Below, piece by piece: positions 14,318-28,187 of a DNA stretch of 64,000 nucleotides. How positions within the stretch are numbered: position 1 is the stretch's first letter; the number at the start of each line of letters is the position of its first letter. Under the pieces are notes generated by a model. That model was given only the letters and a program-made list of their open reading frames with translations, ran no database searches and was not told the origin of the DNA. This stretch comes from Octopus sinensis (Eukaryota): positions 52,266,001-52,330,000 of the forward strand of contig NC_043005.1 in NCBI RefSeq assembly GCF_006345805.1, in the 5' to 3' direction. A program made the position numbers and the translations under genes.

Positions 14318-14500
14318 GCAGCATCAAAAAATACCTTGGGAATGAGAACCCTGGTTTGAAATTTCCCCAAGACACCTAATAAAGGCTGGAGAGTATATCA
14401 GCCGAAACATTGTGTTAACAACAAACAAGATGAGGTCAAATATCTGTCAACTGTAAATAATGTAAATAATGTACATAATTACTCATCTCATAAATATAGA
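13355..14500. mobile_element. Composite insertion: two inverted PLE pLTR-like arms around an (AAT)n-flanked ~550 bp core
   Basis: 13355-13507 is the reverse complement of 14322-14474; (AAT)n at 13515-13575 and 14126-14315; bounded by the TSD. Confidence 0.8.
13413..13458 (-). ncRNA. Minimal type I hammerhead ribozyme motif
   Basis: Minus strand reads GACAC-CTGATGA-G GGCTG gagagtatat CAGCC-GAAA-CGTT-GTGTT: stem I GACAC/GTGTT, 5 bp stem II, palindromic AACGTT stem III. Confidence 0.75.
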
Positions 14501-14613
14501 TCAGAATGTAAAGACGGACGAAATTCCACGAAGCATTTTGTCTGTCGCGTCAACGATTCTGCTAGTTTGCCGCCTTAATAAACAACTAAAACAGTGATAA
14601 TATTAAAAATATA

Positions 14614-14649
<36 letters not shown>

Positions 14650-14770
14650 TGTATGTATGTATGAATGTATGTATGTATGTATGTATGTAAATAACAGTTA
14701 AAAATATATCATGTGTCATGAGGAGATTTAGAGTTTAGGCTTCTTTCCTATATAATATTAACAAATAGCA

Positions 14771-14990
14771 AGGCGGCGAGCTGACAGAATCGTTAGCACG
14801 CTTGGGCGAAATGCTTAGCGGTATTTCGTCTGTCTTTATGTTCTGAGTTCAAATTCCGCCGAAGTCGACTTTGCCTTTCATTCTTTCGGGGTCGTTAAAT
14901 TAAGTACCAGTAGCGTAATGGGGTCGATCTCATCGACTGGTTTCTTCCTACCAACCTTCAGGCCTTGTGCCTATAGTAGAAACGAATATT
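14771..14990 (+). mobile_element. tRNA-derived SINE family B
   Basis: GGCGGCGAGCTGACAGAATCGTTAGC ... GAGTTCAAATTCC ... AAGTACCAGT; matches 22621-22843. Confidence 0.9.
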
Positions 14991-16470
14991 AACATTTAGC
15001 AAGGGTTTCAATTTCCTTCTTCAGGATAACGTACTTAGGACTAGTAAATGATACGTTTATTATTAATAGTGATGTGTTCAATTAGTTCCTTTCGTATGGC
15101 ATGGACTTGCCAAAGCACCACCATGCACACTTGTTCTACATACACATAAACAAACGCTCACTAAATAATTTCCAATATTAGACCTATACCGTCTCTTCTA
15201 AGGTCAGGCCTTCGGGGACTAATCCGGGAACATCGATTGAGAGTTTCACACTTTTGTGTGAAGAAGGTGGGTGGACATCATAATAAGCCAAATGAATCAT
15301 ACCTGTTTACAAAAACGGATGAATACCACAAAGTGTCAAGCTCCAGCCATCAAACCTAAAGATAAACTGAAATCTTTAGTAAGAATTTCTGAGTTTAATA
15401 TTTTTGACTTTTGGCAGTTTCTGCACCTTGTAATCTTACTCAAAATCCCTAATAAGTGTGAGGAACATCGAATGTGGCTTGAATTAGTTCTAGGAAGTTT
15501 TAACGCTTTTTTTGTCGCATAATCGGAAATGAAAAACGTGTGCAATTTTCTTTAATGGTTTAAAATTATTTTAAAATGTTTCTGTTGAGTACTAAATTAA
15601 TGCAAGAAACCTGATATAAGCGCCTCACTAAGTAGTTCACCATCCATTCTGGATAGGTATTTATAATCATTGGACAATTTTCTTTTAGAATATTTGGATT
15701 CTCCAAACTTATGAGAAGCTTGGGAGTTCATTAAGACGTCGTTTTCTTGCCATCTACCAAGAGTGTATCAATTAGGTGGTCATATATTTTCACAAGTTTT
15801 ATTCACTGCAAAATACCAAAATAATTCGTTAAGTGTGCAATAGCAGTCCTTCTACCGGGGTATGTATACAATCTTGGTGAGCCGCCAAACCGCTGAAATT
15901 AAATATACTGTAAATGCATGGCAACATTGATCGAGATGCGATGCAATACGAAAGGTCGACCACGGAGTCAGTAGGCTGCCATCTTATCCACTCGCTCAGC
16001 TGATCTCCTATCAACGTGAGTACAGCTTAATTACAACAATGACAGTAAATATTTCGCATTTTCTAAAACGCCATTCTTTTCACGTCTTATAAATCCTTCA
16101 TTAAGCATTACACACGATGCTATTCGTGAAATAGTTTATCGTCAATAGACTTTCCAACCAAAGATATGCCCTCTTCACCCGTACTTCTGTGTGTTTCCGC
16201 TCTCGAAGCGAAATTTTCAAAACCAACGTTGGCGGCATGTTTGACATGTTAAACAAAAATTTCTTTTCATCCATTATGAGGCAGTCTTGGCAAATTGTTC
16301 AGATGATATCAACCCATCAGACTGTATAGCCTTTGTAATTATACACAAATACATGCACACAGACGCATATATGTAAGTCTGATGTGCGTGTATATACTTA
16401 TATATGTATACATACATATATAACCACACATCCACACATATCTATCTCTCTATCTATGTCTATATGTATA

Positions 16471-16533
<63 letters not shown>

Positions 16534-17783
16534 GTGTGTGTGTTATACACGTGTGTGTTGCTTACACGTTTGAAAGTGTGTACGTATGTATACCTGAACG
16601 AGTGCAATGTATGTATGTATACCTGAACGAGTGCAATGATCTATGTATGTAAGTATTTATGCACTTGAAGGTACATTGATCAATGTACAGTACAAAGGTA
16701 ACCAGCAACAACCCCCATCTCCTACCAACGATACAACGTCTATCTCCAAACAGTGCTATTAGCACCGCGATTACCACTAACGCCGGCGCCACCACCGCCG
16801 CAACCACCAACACCAGCAAGATCACCACCAGTGCCATCTCTATTGCCCCCACAACACCTCTGTCTCTTCAGTTCCATGGTTTCAACTATCTATTTCTCTC
16901 TAACTAGAATTATCTCACCGGACGTGGCCTACTCCAGAGAAACAATCCAAGCTAGCCTTCAGTCGTTATTACTTAACACTTATCTCTATCATCTATTTGA
17001 ATATGTCCATTGGCTTTTCTCTCTCCATCTGCTGTCAATGACACTTAAGAAGAAAGCTATACTGACAGCTGCCGCAACAAAAGGACCACTACTAGCTAGA
17101 ATACTGTTCTGTCTTCCAGCCTGTTGTCGGCGGCTCTGCTTCTACAGTCTCCACCGCCGTTACCGCTTTTACCGCTACCACAAGCCTTTAGACTTTGCTT
17201 TTAGGCCGAAAAACTATCTAATTTGATTTATCTAGCATTCTGCTAAAAAGAATGCGACTTTACAAAACTGACCAGTCTAAGAGTCTAAATAATGATTTGC
17301 AAGATGTATTTCATTACATGTAGAAAATGCTCCCGTGTTAGTATGAAATTCAACGCACAAGTTCAATCCATCTTTTTCATAATGGCTTGAATTTTTAGCG
17401 GAGAGATCTGATTGTGAGAATCACAATGAAATGGCTAATTGCTAAAGAGTGTCGAACAAGTGATGAGACAAGTGAATAAAGAAAGATAAAGAGGGAAAGA
17501 GAGATAGAGAGAGAGGGGAAGGGAGAGAAGGGGAGGAATGGAGAGAGAGGGAAAGAGAGATGAAAGGAGACATAAAAATGACAGGACAAGGGAGAAAGAG
17601 AAATTAAAAGAAAATATAATGAGACGGTGAGAGATGGATAGATAGTGAGTGAGAGAGAAAGAGAGAGAGAGAGCGCAATAGATGTTGTAGCCGAAATTGC
17701 AAGGATAATCTGGAACTTGTTTACTTTGGTTTCTTTGTATCGTCAGCCCGGTGTGCTAACGATTCTGCCAGCTCACTGCTTTA

Positions 17784-17860
<77 letters not shown>

Positions 17861-17909
17861 TAATAATAATATAATAATGATGATGATGATGATGATGATA
17901 ATAGTAATA

Positions 17910-17953
<44 letters not shown>

Positions 17954-17954
17954 T

Positions 17955-18160
17955 TTTTCTACAGGAGGCACAAGGCCTCATATTTGTGTAGAGGGGACGA
18001 GTCGATTATATCGACGCCAGTATTTCACTGGTACTTAATTTATCGATCCCGAAAGGCAATGTCGACCTCGGTGGAATTTGAACTCAGAATGTAAGGATGG
18101 GTGTAATGCTGCTAAGCAAATTCCCCCGGCTTGCTAACGCTTCTGCCAGCTCATCACGTT
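17955..18160 (-). mobile_element. SINE family B between (AAT)n tracts
   Basis: GTCGACCTCGGTGGAATTTGAACTCAGAA ... CTAACGCTTCTGCCAGCTC. Confidence 0.85.
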
Positions 18161-18196
18161 AATAATAATAATATAAATATAATAATAATAATAATA

Positions 18197-18229
<33 letters not shown>

Positions 18230-18257
18230 TAATAATAATAGTAATAATAATAATAAC

Positions 18258-18316
<59 letters not shown>

Positions 18317-18533
18317 CAATAATAATAATGATAATAATAATAACAACAACAATAATAATAATAACAGCAACAACAATAACAACAAATACAGCAAAGATAA
18401 TCCTTACTACGTCCTGGTTACACCTTCGTTTTACCAGTAATATGGCAGGGTTTGCCCTTATGTTCTCATGTTTTTACATTTTTTATCCTGTTCCGTTAGT
18501 TATAATTCAAATGAACATAGTAATTAGTTTAGT

Positions 18534-18917
18534 GGAGGCGCAATGGCCCAGTGGTTAGGGCAGCGGACTCGCGGTCGTAGGATCGCGGTTTCGATTCCCA
18601 GACCGGGCGTTGTGAGTGTTTATTGAGCGAAAACACCTAAAGCTCCACGAGGCTCCGGCGGGGATGTTGGTGATCCCTGCTGTACTCTTTCACCACAACT
18701 TTCTCTCACTCTTACTTCCTGTTTCTGTTGTACCTGTATTTCAAAGGGCCGGCCTTGTCACTCTCTGTGTTACGCTGAATATCCCCGAGAACTACATTAA
18801 GGGTACACGTGTCTGTGGAGTGCTCAGCCACTTACACGTTAATTTCACGAGCAGGCTGTTCCGTTGATCGGATCAACCGGAACTCCCGTCGTCGTAACCG
18901 ACGGAGTGCTTCCATCC
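18534..18917 (+). mobile_element. tRNA-derived SINE family C (head X + tail Y) with 13 bp TSD
   Basis: GGAGGCGCAATGGCCCAGTGGTTAG ... GGTTTCGATTCCC; TSD AGTAATTAGTTTA at 18519-18531 and 18918-18930. Confidence 0.9.
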
Positions 18918-19456
18918 AGTAATTAGTTTAATTCTCAGGAACACATTTTATAATAAACTAGTATTTTTTTCTACAATTAATACTTAAGTAAACTTAAAGA
19001 ACGTATCGATTATTGGAAAATGTAAATACGTCCAGATCATCGAATGATTAATAAGTCGTGTGTTAATTCTTTAATCACCCCGTAATTTTCTTTTTTTTTG
19101 TGCAAGGTTTATCTTGCAATACTAAGGCATTCCAGATTGCTATTGTATATCCAATACATTCCGATGTTTATTCATATAGGATTGGAATTATTTCATTATG
19201 ATTTATTATTAATTACTCATTGAAAAGAATCGTTTTTTTTTTTAATGTAATTAAATTGGATTTTCCTAGGAGGAAGAACACAAATATAGTGATTGAGCCG
19301 ATAACAAAAAATATATTTAAAATAAATTTGGTACAACATTCGCACCACAAACATTACGGTTTTGTCGGATATGTTTTTCTTAATTAAAACACCGATAGTG
19401 AAAAATCTTAATTAAAAAAAACACACAATTCGATTATCTGATAATCTCTGCAACTG

Positions 19457-19493
<37 letters not shown>

Positions 19494-19690
19494 GCACACA
19501 CGTATGTGTGTATGTATGTACTTATGTATGTATGGATATTTATATATATTCACATACACCTGTATGTATATGCATGGATACACAGACATTCATGCATATA
19601 AGTGTATATACATACATATGTTCATATATAGACATACATACATACCTACCTTCATACATACATATGTACATACATACATACATACATACA

Positions 19691-19751
<61 letters not shown>

Positions 19752-20011
19752 TAAACTTTACTGCCTTTCTTGTTATGTGATTTTAGCGTAAGCAATATAT
19801 TGTGAAATTAAAGTGATTCGACCAATATAACCTCAAACAGCAGCCCCTTTTGTCGAAAATAATTTTCAGTTCGTTTCCGGCCCCCTATGACCTTAATAAC
19901 CGAAAAATGGTGATTAATGTTGTAGCGCAGACAACTAATTTTCAGTTATTCATGAAACTGAGACAATTCTTGGATGACGTCAAATCATGGACTGACATAA
20001 ATTTATCACTG

Positions 20012-20047
<36 letters not shown>

Positions 20048-20055
20048 ACACACAA

Positions 20056-20097
<42 letters not shown>

Positions 20098-20223
20098 TAT
20101 CGGTAGAGAAAGAAAGGGTGAAAGCAGACCTTTTACATTTACACATATCCACAGACGTACACACAAGCATATATGTATGTATATACATATATCTATTATA
20201 TATAGTTTATACACACCACATAT

Positions 20224-20300
<77 letters not shown>

Positions 20301-20697
20301 CAGATAGATAGATAGATAAAGTTGTATGTCTCTATGAATGTTCATGTTAGTTTTTAATTAGGTAAATTCTTCGAGGAAGTTTCAACGTTGTAATGTAAAT
20401 AACAAGAATAATGTCACATTTTAAACATGCGAATAGTCAAGCGTATCTTTACTGTTTCACTTACAGATTGTGTTTTTAATGTGCGTGTTAGATGGCTTTT
20501 ATCTTTTTCTGAAAAATATACCTTATCCAGATTGTTATTCAGGCGTTTCCTCTCAAAACCAAGTACACAAAATATTATCACTATAAATGTGAATTTGTAA
20601 TCGGGATATAGAAGTTGGACGTTTCCTTAATAAGTGTGAGGACCATCGAAAGTAACGAGTAGTGCAATTTTCAGATTCACATATAAAATACATATAT

Positions 20698-21120
20698 AGG
20701 CGCAGGAGTGGCTGTGTGGTAAGTAGCTTGCTAACCAACCACATGGTTCCGGGTTCAGTCCCACTGCGTGGCATCTTGGCCAAGTGTCTTCTGCTATAGC
20801 CCCGGGCTGACCAATGCCTTGTGAGTGGATTTGGTAGACGGAAACTGAAAGAAGCCTGTCGTATATATGTATATATATATATATGTATGTGTGTGTATGT
20901 GTTTGTGTGTCTGTGTTTGTCACCCCTAGCATTGCTTGACAACCGATGCTGGTGCGTTTACGTCCCCGTAACTTAGCGGTTCGGCAAAAAGAGACCGATA
21001 GAATAAGTACTGGGCTTACAAAGAATAAGTCCCGGGGTCGATTTGTTCGACTAAAAGCGGTGCTCCAGCATGGCCGCAGCCAAATGACTGAAACAAGTAA
21101 AAGAGTAAAGAGTAAAGAGT
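20698..21120 (+). mobile_element. SINE family A, full length, followed by a second truncated head (21124-21240)
   Basis: Complete head, body and GTAAAGA-repeat tail. Confidence 0.92.
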
Positions 21121-21357
21121 ATATAAGCGCAGGCTTGGCTGCATAGTAAGGAACTTGCTTCCCAGCATCATACTCTGAGTTTCGTCCCACTGCGTAGCAC
21201 CTTGGGCAAGTGTCTTCTACTATAGCCTCAGGTCCATTCAATTGTTGTCGATAGTTATCCTCAATAATATTGATAGAAATGATAACTTATTATTAGACCT
21301 GTCACAAATACAACATAAAACACTTTAAAAGAATACGTCTCCGCTATTTAGAAACAG

Positions 21358-21662
21358 TGGAGGCTCAATGGCTCAGTGGTTAGGGCAGCGGACTCGCAGT
21401 TTCGATTCCCAGACCGAGCGTTGTATGTGTTTATTGAGCGAAAACACTTAAAGCTCCACGAGGTTCCGGCAGGGGATGGTGGTGACCCCTGTTGTACTCT
21501 TTCGCCACAACTTTCTCTCACTCTTTCTTCCTGTTTCTTGAGTAACGCTGCGATGGACTGGCGTCCCGTCCAGCTGGGGGGAACATATGCGCCTCAGAAA
21601 CCGGGAAACCGGGCCCATGAGCCTGACTAGGCTTGAAAAGGGCGCACAAATAAATAAAATAA
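21358..21662 (+). mobile_element. Chimeric SINE (head X + tail Z) with 13 bp TSD
   Basis: Head matches 18534, tail matches 5980-6085; TSD TATTTAGAAACAG at 21345-21357 and 21663-21675. Confidence 0.88.
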
Positions 21663-22132
21663 TATTTAGAAACAGGAAATAACCACTAAATACCTGAATT
21701 AGAAGAGAGATAATCGTGCCTCTAAGCTTAAACATTGCAGCAGAACGTGTCAGCAGATATGTGTTCTCATGCTGTAAAAGATGATACACTTATCAACACC
21801 AGCTGTCCAAAAATATCCCCGAGGTATCACTTTCCCATAAGAGGAAACTTTGTTGCCAAATTTATTTAGATTGCTATTTGCAGGAAAGATTCTCCTGGTC
21901 ATAATACCATGATGACATTAGAACCAGAATCTTAATCAACACCGTTAGAGGTGGGAAATAATGGTGGGGCATTCTCAAAAAAAGTAGGATACAAAAAAAA
22001 AGAGAGGTGGATACAACTTGAGGTAGTCTTGATAATAGTCTTATGAACTGAAAATTGAAACTTAGCAATGATGTAAAGGGAACCTCTGTAGTGAATATCA
22101 ATGACTCATCTAAAATTACGAAAAGTAAAAAA

Positions 22133-22863
22133 TACCGTAAATCCTCGAGTATAATCCGCATTTTTTCCTCAAAATTTAAAGGTCAAAATCCCTAGTGCGT
22201 ACTATATACGAGGTTAAAAATGAAAAATATTTTCTATGCAATGTCCGAGTCTCTTTTTGCTGTCCGGCAATGTTTATTCAGACGCATTTTGTGATGTCGG
22301 GCGCGAAAATACCTTAGGCTAAGCCTGAAAGCAATGAAATCATAAAAGAATCAACCATAACTTGCAGTAAGCATCATTTATTAGAATAAAAGTATTCAGA
22401 ACACAGAATAACATATAACAAAAACAATTTGCAAACATTTACATTCCCATTATTGTATTACGCATGCGCGGAAGTGTTTGTTCGACTAGGTGCTGCTGGC
22501 TTAATTACGCATGACTCAAGTTAGAGAAGGGGTGCGTATTATACACAAGGTTTAGGTTTTTCAGAAGTACAGCCCCTAAAAATCCCCTGCGTATTATACT
22601 CAAGGGCAGACTATACTCGAGCTGGCAGAAACGTTAGCACGCCGGGTGAAATGTGTAGCCGTATTTCGTCTGCCGTTACGTTCCGAGTTCAAATTCCGCC
22701 GAGGTCGACTTTGCCTTTCATCCTTTCGGGGTCGATAAATTAAGTACCAGTTACGCACTGGGGTCGATGTAATCGACTTAATCCCTTTGTCTGTCCTTGT
22801 GTGTCCCCTCTGTGTTTAGCCCCTTGTGGGTAGTAAAGAAATATATACTCGAGGATTTACGGT
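22133..22863. mobile_element. Tc1/mariner-superfamily-type MITE (TACCGTA termini) with nested SINE
   Basis: Left TIR TACCGTAAATCCTCGAGTATA at 22133; right TIR TATACTCGAGGATTTACGGT at 22844-22863; internal TGCGTATTATAC repeats. Confidence 0.8.
22621..22843 (+). mobile_element. SINE family B inserted in the MITE right TIR
   Basis: TSD TATACTCGA at 22612-22620 and 22844-22852. Confidence 0.9.
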
Positions 22864-23172
22864 CCGTTAAATTCATGAAGTTACGTCATGTGTACCCAAG
22901 TTATAATTTCATTTGTACTCAAAATCTTAAGTGCACTGAGGTATGTAACAAAAAATGTATATATAAATCTAGAAATGCTGCGCTTATTGAAGGAATAACC
23001 AAACAAACTGACATACATCCTCCAAAATCCAATCGAAATTAATGGTACAGTGAACATTTGGCAAACGTTCCAAGGAGTTCTCCTTTGAGTTTCCTGGAAT
23101 GAGCATATACACAGAATAACATGGCAAAGCGTGGCATACTCACGTACGTGCATATAAATACATACATATATC

Positions 23173-23840
<668 letters not shown>

Positions 23841-23847
23841 GTGAAAG

Positions 23848-24148
23848 TGAATGGTTCAGTTGTTAGAGCGTCAGGCTTACAATCGAGAGGTTGTGAGTTA
23901 GATTCTCGGACCGGGTTGTGTGTTGACTTCCTGAGTAAGACCCTTTATTTCAGGTTGTTCCACTTGACTCAGGCGGCAAGATATATCGGCCTGTGCCTTT
24001 CTCTTGGGCAACATCGGTGGCGTGGAGGGAGGACACTTTTATGCATGGACGACTTCTGATCTTTCATACACAACCTTGTCACGACTTATGCCTCGGTGGG
24101 GTACTTTCTAAGTTCAATCAGGTGGTCATTTTTGACTAAGGTGGTCCG
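23848..24148 (+). mobile_element. Diverged tRNA-derived SINE (family D)
   Basis: TGGTTCAGTTGTTAGAGCG ... GAGTTAGATTCTC tRNA-like head followed by CCTGAGTAAGACCCTTTATTTCA; single copy in the window. Confidence 0.6.
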
Positions 24149-24166
24149 TCTCTCTCTGTCTGCCTG

Positions 24167-24334
<168 letters not shown>

Positions 24335-25250
24335 CATCATTACATAGACATACATACATATATATATATGTATATATATATGTATATATATATGTATGTG
24401 CATGTATGTATGTATGTATGTATTTATGTATGTGTATGTATGTATTTATGTATGTGTATGTATGTATGTATGTATGTATGTATGCATGCATGTATGCATG
24501 CATGTATGTATGAATGTATTGATCTGTATATACATAGTAATCTTTTATTGAGCGAGACAGACATATAATCAGTCAGACAGACAGGTAGATAGACAGATCA
24601 ACCGATATGTAGACACCGAAACACAAAACAAAGACAGACCGATAAAATGTAAAAAAAAAAAAAGAACAAAAAAGAACAAAGTGGAGTTGGGGTGCGCTTA
24701 CTAAACGATATGGGACTAGATATAATAAATACAAAATATATTCCATGTTATTATTTTCTTTGATGTTTCTTCTATACAATGCTTGATAGAACATAAAGAA
24801 ATACTTTCATCTATTGTAAACTTCCATCGATAAGGGAAACATAGATGAACATATATGATTTTGGGAGGTCTGTGTTTTATTTCAGTGCATGGTGAGAGCA
24901 TTGAAATTTTACTAACAGTATAGATGATGATATCGTTTTTTGATATCTGCACGTATTAAATGTTAATGAACAGTAGTGTTGTATTTGGAACAAAACAAAC
25001 AAAGAATATACAATTGCTATGTATATATGTGCGATAAAGGAGCATTTGCTAAAAGAAGAAGAACAACAACAAGAAAAAAACACAATAAGACTACAAAAAT
25101 AAATGAAGAGCACTATATATATACACATTCATTCACGCATGAACGCGGGGTGCGTGATGTATGTGTATATATGTGTTATGTTTGTCTCATAGGAGACGAG
25201 CAAGTTCGAAGTCCCTGTCAACTCTTTATCTTGTAAAATTTTAATAAGTA

Positions 25251-25281
<31 letters not shown>

Positions 25282-25371
25282 GTTTGTATGTATGTATGTA
25301 TGTATGTATGTATGTATGTATGTATGTATGTATGTATGTATGTATGTATGTATATATATATATATATATAG

Positions 25372-25408
<37 letters not shown>

Positions 25409-26304
25409 ACACATATATATTTTTCTGTATGCTTAAATGCGTGCAGTTGTATACTTTTATTTACGTACTGTTATGTGTACTTTCCTTTGCATTATATGTA
25501 TATACATGTGTGTGTGAGTGTGTGTATGTGTGTGTGAGTATGCACTTGTATGTACCAATATTATATTTGTATATTTCTATTTCAAACACTGCATGATAAA
25601 AATTGTGACGACTATCGCTTCAAATCTTTGTTTGAACATCTAAGGCCAGTACCATGTAACTATCTTATTCATGTGATCATTTAGTGATTATCTCCCCTGT
25701 TTATCTCTTGTTTTGTTTTGGTTTTCTGATATATTGGTTGTTCAACGACTGTGTCATACTGTGCTACTGAACAAAATGTGTTGTTTTGATTATCGAATCA
25801 TAAATAGATATGAAAGCATATCTATAAATATGTATGTATGCAGATAAGTATGCAGATATGTACGCGTATATATACACATACACGCATATATATATATATA
25901 TATATGAATGTGTGTGAATATGTGTATACATGCATTCATATGTATGTATACATATATATACTTATATACATGTATAAATACACACCCATATACATGTGTG
26001 TATATATATTGTGTGCGTGTATGTGTGTGTATATGTATATATATATACAAGTATACATGTGTATATACATATATATTGTCTGTGTATGTGTGTGTGTATA
26101 TGTATATATATATATATATATACAAGTATACATGTGTATATACATATATATTGTCTGTGTATGTGTGTGTATATGTATATATATATATATATATATATAA
26201 ATGTGTGTGCATATGTGTATACAAGTATCTATATGTATGTATACATATATATATATATATTTATTTACATGTATATATATACACATGTATAAATACACAC
26301 CCAT

Positions 26305-26335
<31 letters not shown>

Positions 26336-27441
26336 CTATATATATATATCTATATATATATATATTGTGTGTGTGTATGAGAGAGAGAGTGTGTGTGTGC
26401 GTGTACATGTCGGAATAGAAACTTTTACTCTCTCAGAGTTACAGATGCCAACATACACTACACGCATATATCCATACACACATACACATGTACATTTATA
26501 TGCTTATGTGTGTGTGTGTGTGCGAGTGTGTGTGTATGTGTTTGTGTCCCGTTGTATATATCTATATAGTCATACTCACAATGGGTTTCTATTCATGGCT
26601 GTACAAGTATACATTCATAAAAATGACTACGTTTTACTGGTTTTAACCATTCAACTGGGGTTTTGTAAAAGCATTTATATATTTCCATCACTCCCAGTAC
26701 ATATTTCAGTCGAATGCTTATATATATATTTGCCAAATTGATGGGTTATATTTTTAATACATATACCGAACTCTAAATTATACATTCAAGGTATTCACCA
26801 AAAATGTACTCACATTTTGACTCCGCATAACTCATTGAATTTTTCACCGCTTCTCAGTTCAAAATGACCCTATTTATGGCAGAAATACAACTAAGATTTG
26901 AAGATAGAAAATTTTTCCTAAATTGCTACTGGAAGCACGAAAATATCATAGAAATATAATTATGCCTTTAGGCATATAAAAGGGAAGGGTTTACGAATGA
27001 AGTTCCGTTTCGGACAGATTTTTCATAAAATATATCAGTACACTAATTCACAAATTCTTTCTAGGCTCCGAAAAAGCTTAACGTTGGTATAAATAATGGA
27101 GAAACGAAAGAAATTACATATGGGTTCTTCTTTTAGATAATTATGTCAACTTTTCCCTTGTCCTAGCATGGCCACAGTCTAATATCTTTTGTTTCATTCA
27201 CTCATTGGGCAACACCTTGTAGAGTTTGGCTTCGTTCTGTCATATCCACCCACAAGTCTTTAATCATCTCGGGGCTATAGTAGAAGACACCTGTTCGCGA
27301 GGCGCTACGCAGTGTGAATGAACCTGAGACTATGTGATTGGGAGGTAAGCTTCTTGCCACACGGCTACGGTTGCTACTAAGATGGGGAGAAGAAATGTAT
27401 GAAGCTACAAATTATAAACAAAGCTTGTGCGTATGTACGCA

Positions 27442-27830
27442 TACGAGGTAGTATCAAAATGTTCCTGGAATAGCTATGTTGGATAAAAAATAATTCATTT
27501 TCCTAAGTCTTAGCATTATCTCCTTCGAAATAGTCACCTTGCGCAGCACTACACCGGTCCCAGCATTCCTGTCACTTTTGAAATCTAGCGTGGAAGTCGT
27601 TTTCCGCAAGCGAGTCGAGGACCTTCTGCGATTCGCTGTAGCTCCCGACAACAGTGTTAAAACGGGCGACTCTTGAGCTGCATTTCATCTTGGAGAAAAG
27701 ATGGAAGTCTGCAGATGCTAAATCTGGCGAAGAGAATGAGTGCGGAAACGATACTATGTTGTTTTTGGCGACAAAGTCACGAGTGAGGAGAGCTCGGTGA
27801 CAGTGTGCATTGTCGTAGTGAATAATCCAA
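27442..27830 (-). mobile_element. Mariner transposase 3' remnant with TIR
   Basis: Minus translation WIIHYDNAHCH...SSPDLASADFHLFSKMK...CWDRC...QGDYFEGD (DN...SPDLA.D catalytic motif); TIR-like TACGAGGTAGTATCAAAATGTTCC at 27442. Confidence 0.85.
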
Positions 27831-27947
27831 ATTATTCGAGGTCATACATATATGTTTGTACGTGTATAATTTCCGTGCTTTATTTTTCAGAGAAAATTAA
27901 TGCTATACATTTGCATTTTGTTTTACAGATTAGATTTTTTAAAGAAA

Positions 27948-28187
27948 ATGGCCACAGAACTTGAACCACAAGGCTCTGATATATTTGCGGAGAAATTGAA
28001 GAAAGGACAGAAACCGCCACCTGAAACGGGTCCTGGTAGTCGAATCATAGCTCTACCTTTACCAGTTCAAAAGAGAATCAAGAGGTTGAGCAAAATCGAA
28101 GTTGAGATGCGATTTTCGACACTTGGAATGAAAATGATTACACGTGAAATTTTCGAAAATGAAGAAATATTAGAGAAATGCGTTGCG
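27948..28187 (+). CDS. First recognisable coding exon of an LRR-protein gene (MATELEPQGS...EILEKCVA)
   Basis: Acceptor TTTTGTTTTACAG at 27916-27928, ATG at 27948, 80 open non-repetitive codons, phase-0 donor GCG|GTAAGA at 28188. Splicing to 54793 builds LEKCVAILASNNRL, which fits LxxLxxLxLxxNxL. Confidence 0.7.

Larger units (their letters stand above)
13203..14576 (-). mobile_element. SINE family B interrupted by a 1.15 kb insertion
   Basis: Family B sequence at 13203-13354 resumes at 14501-14576; 11 bp TSD TCAGAATGTAA at 13344-13354 and 14501-14511. Confidence 0.85.

Noticed and set aside
14371-14416. Functional hammerhead in the right arm of the composite
   Set aside because: The core is CTAATAA and the stem III palindrome is broken.
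15271-16330. Transposase-like fragment
   Set aside because: Non-repetitive sequence with short ORFs, but I could not identify any diagnostic motif.
25790-26741. YI/CV-rich ORFs (also 47909-49446, 50363-51225)
   Set aside because: Translations of (TA)n, (TG)n, (TATG)n and (TATC)n tracts.
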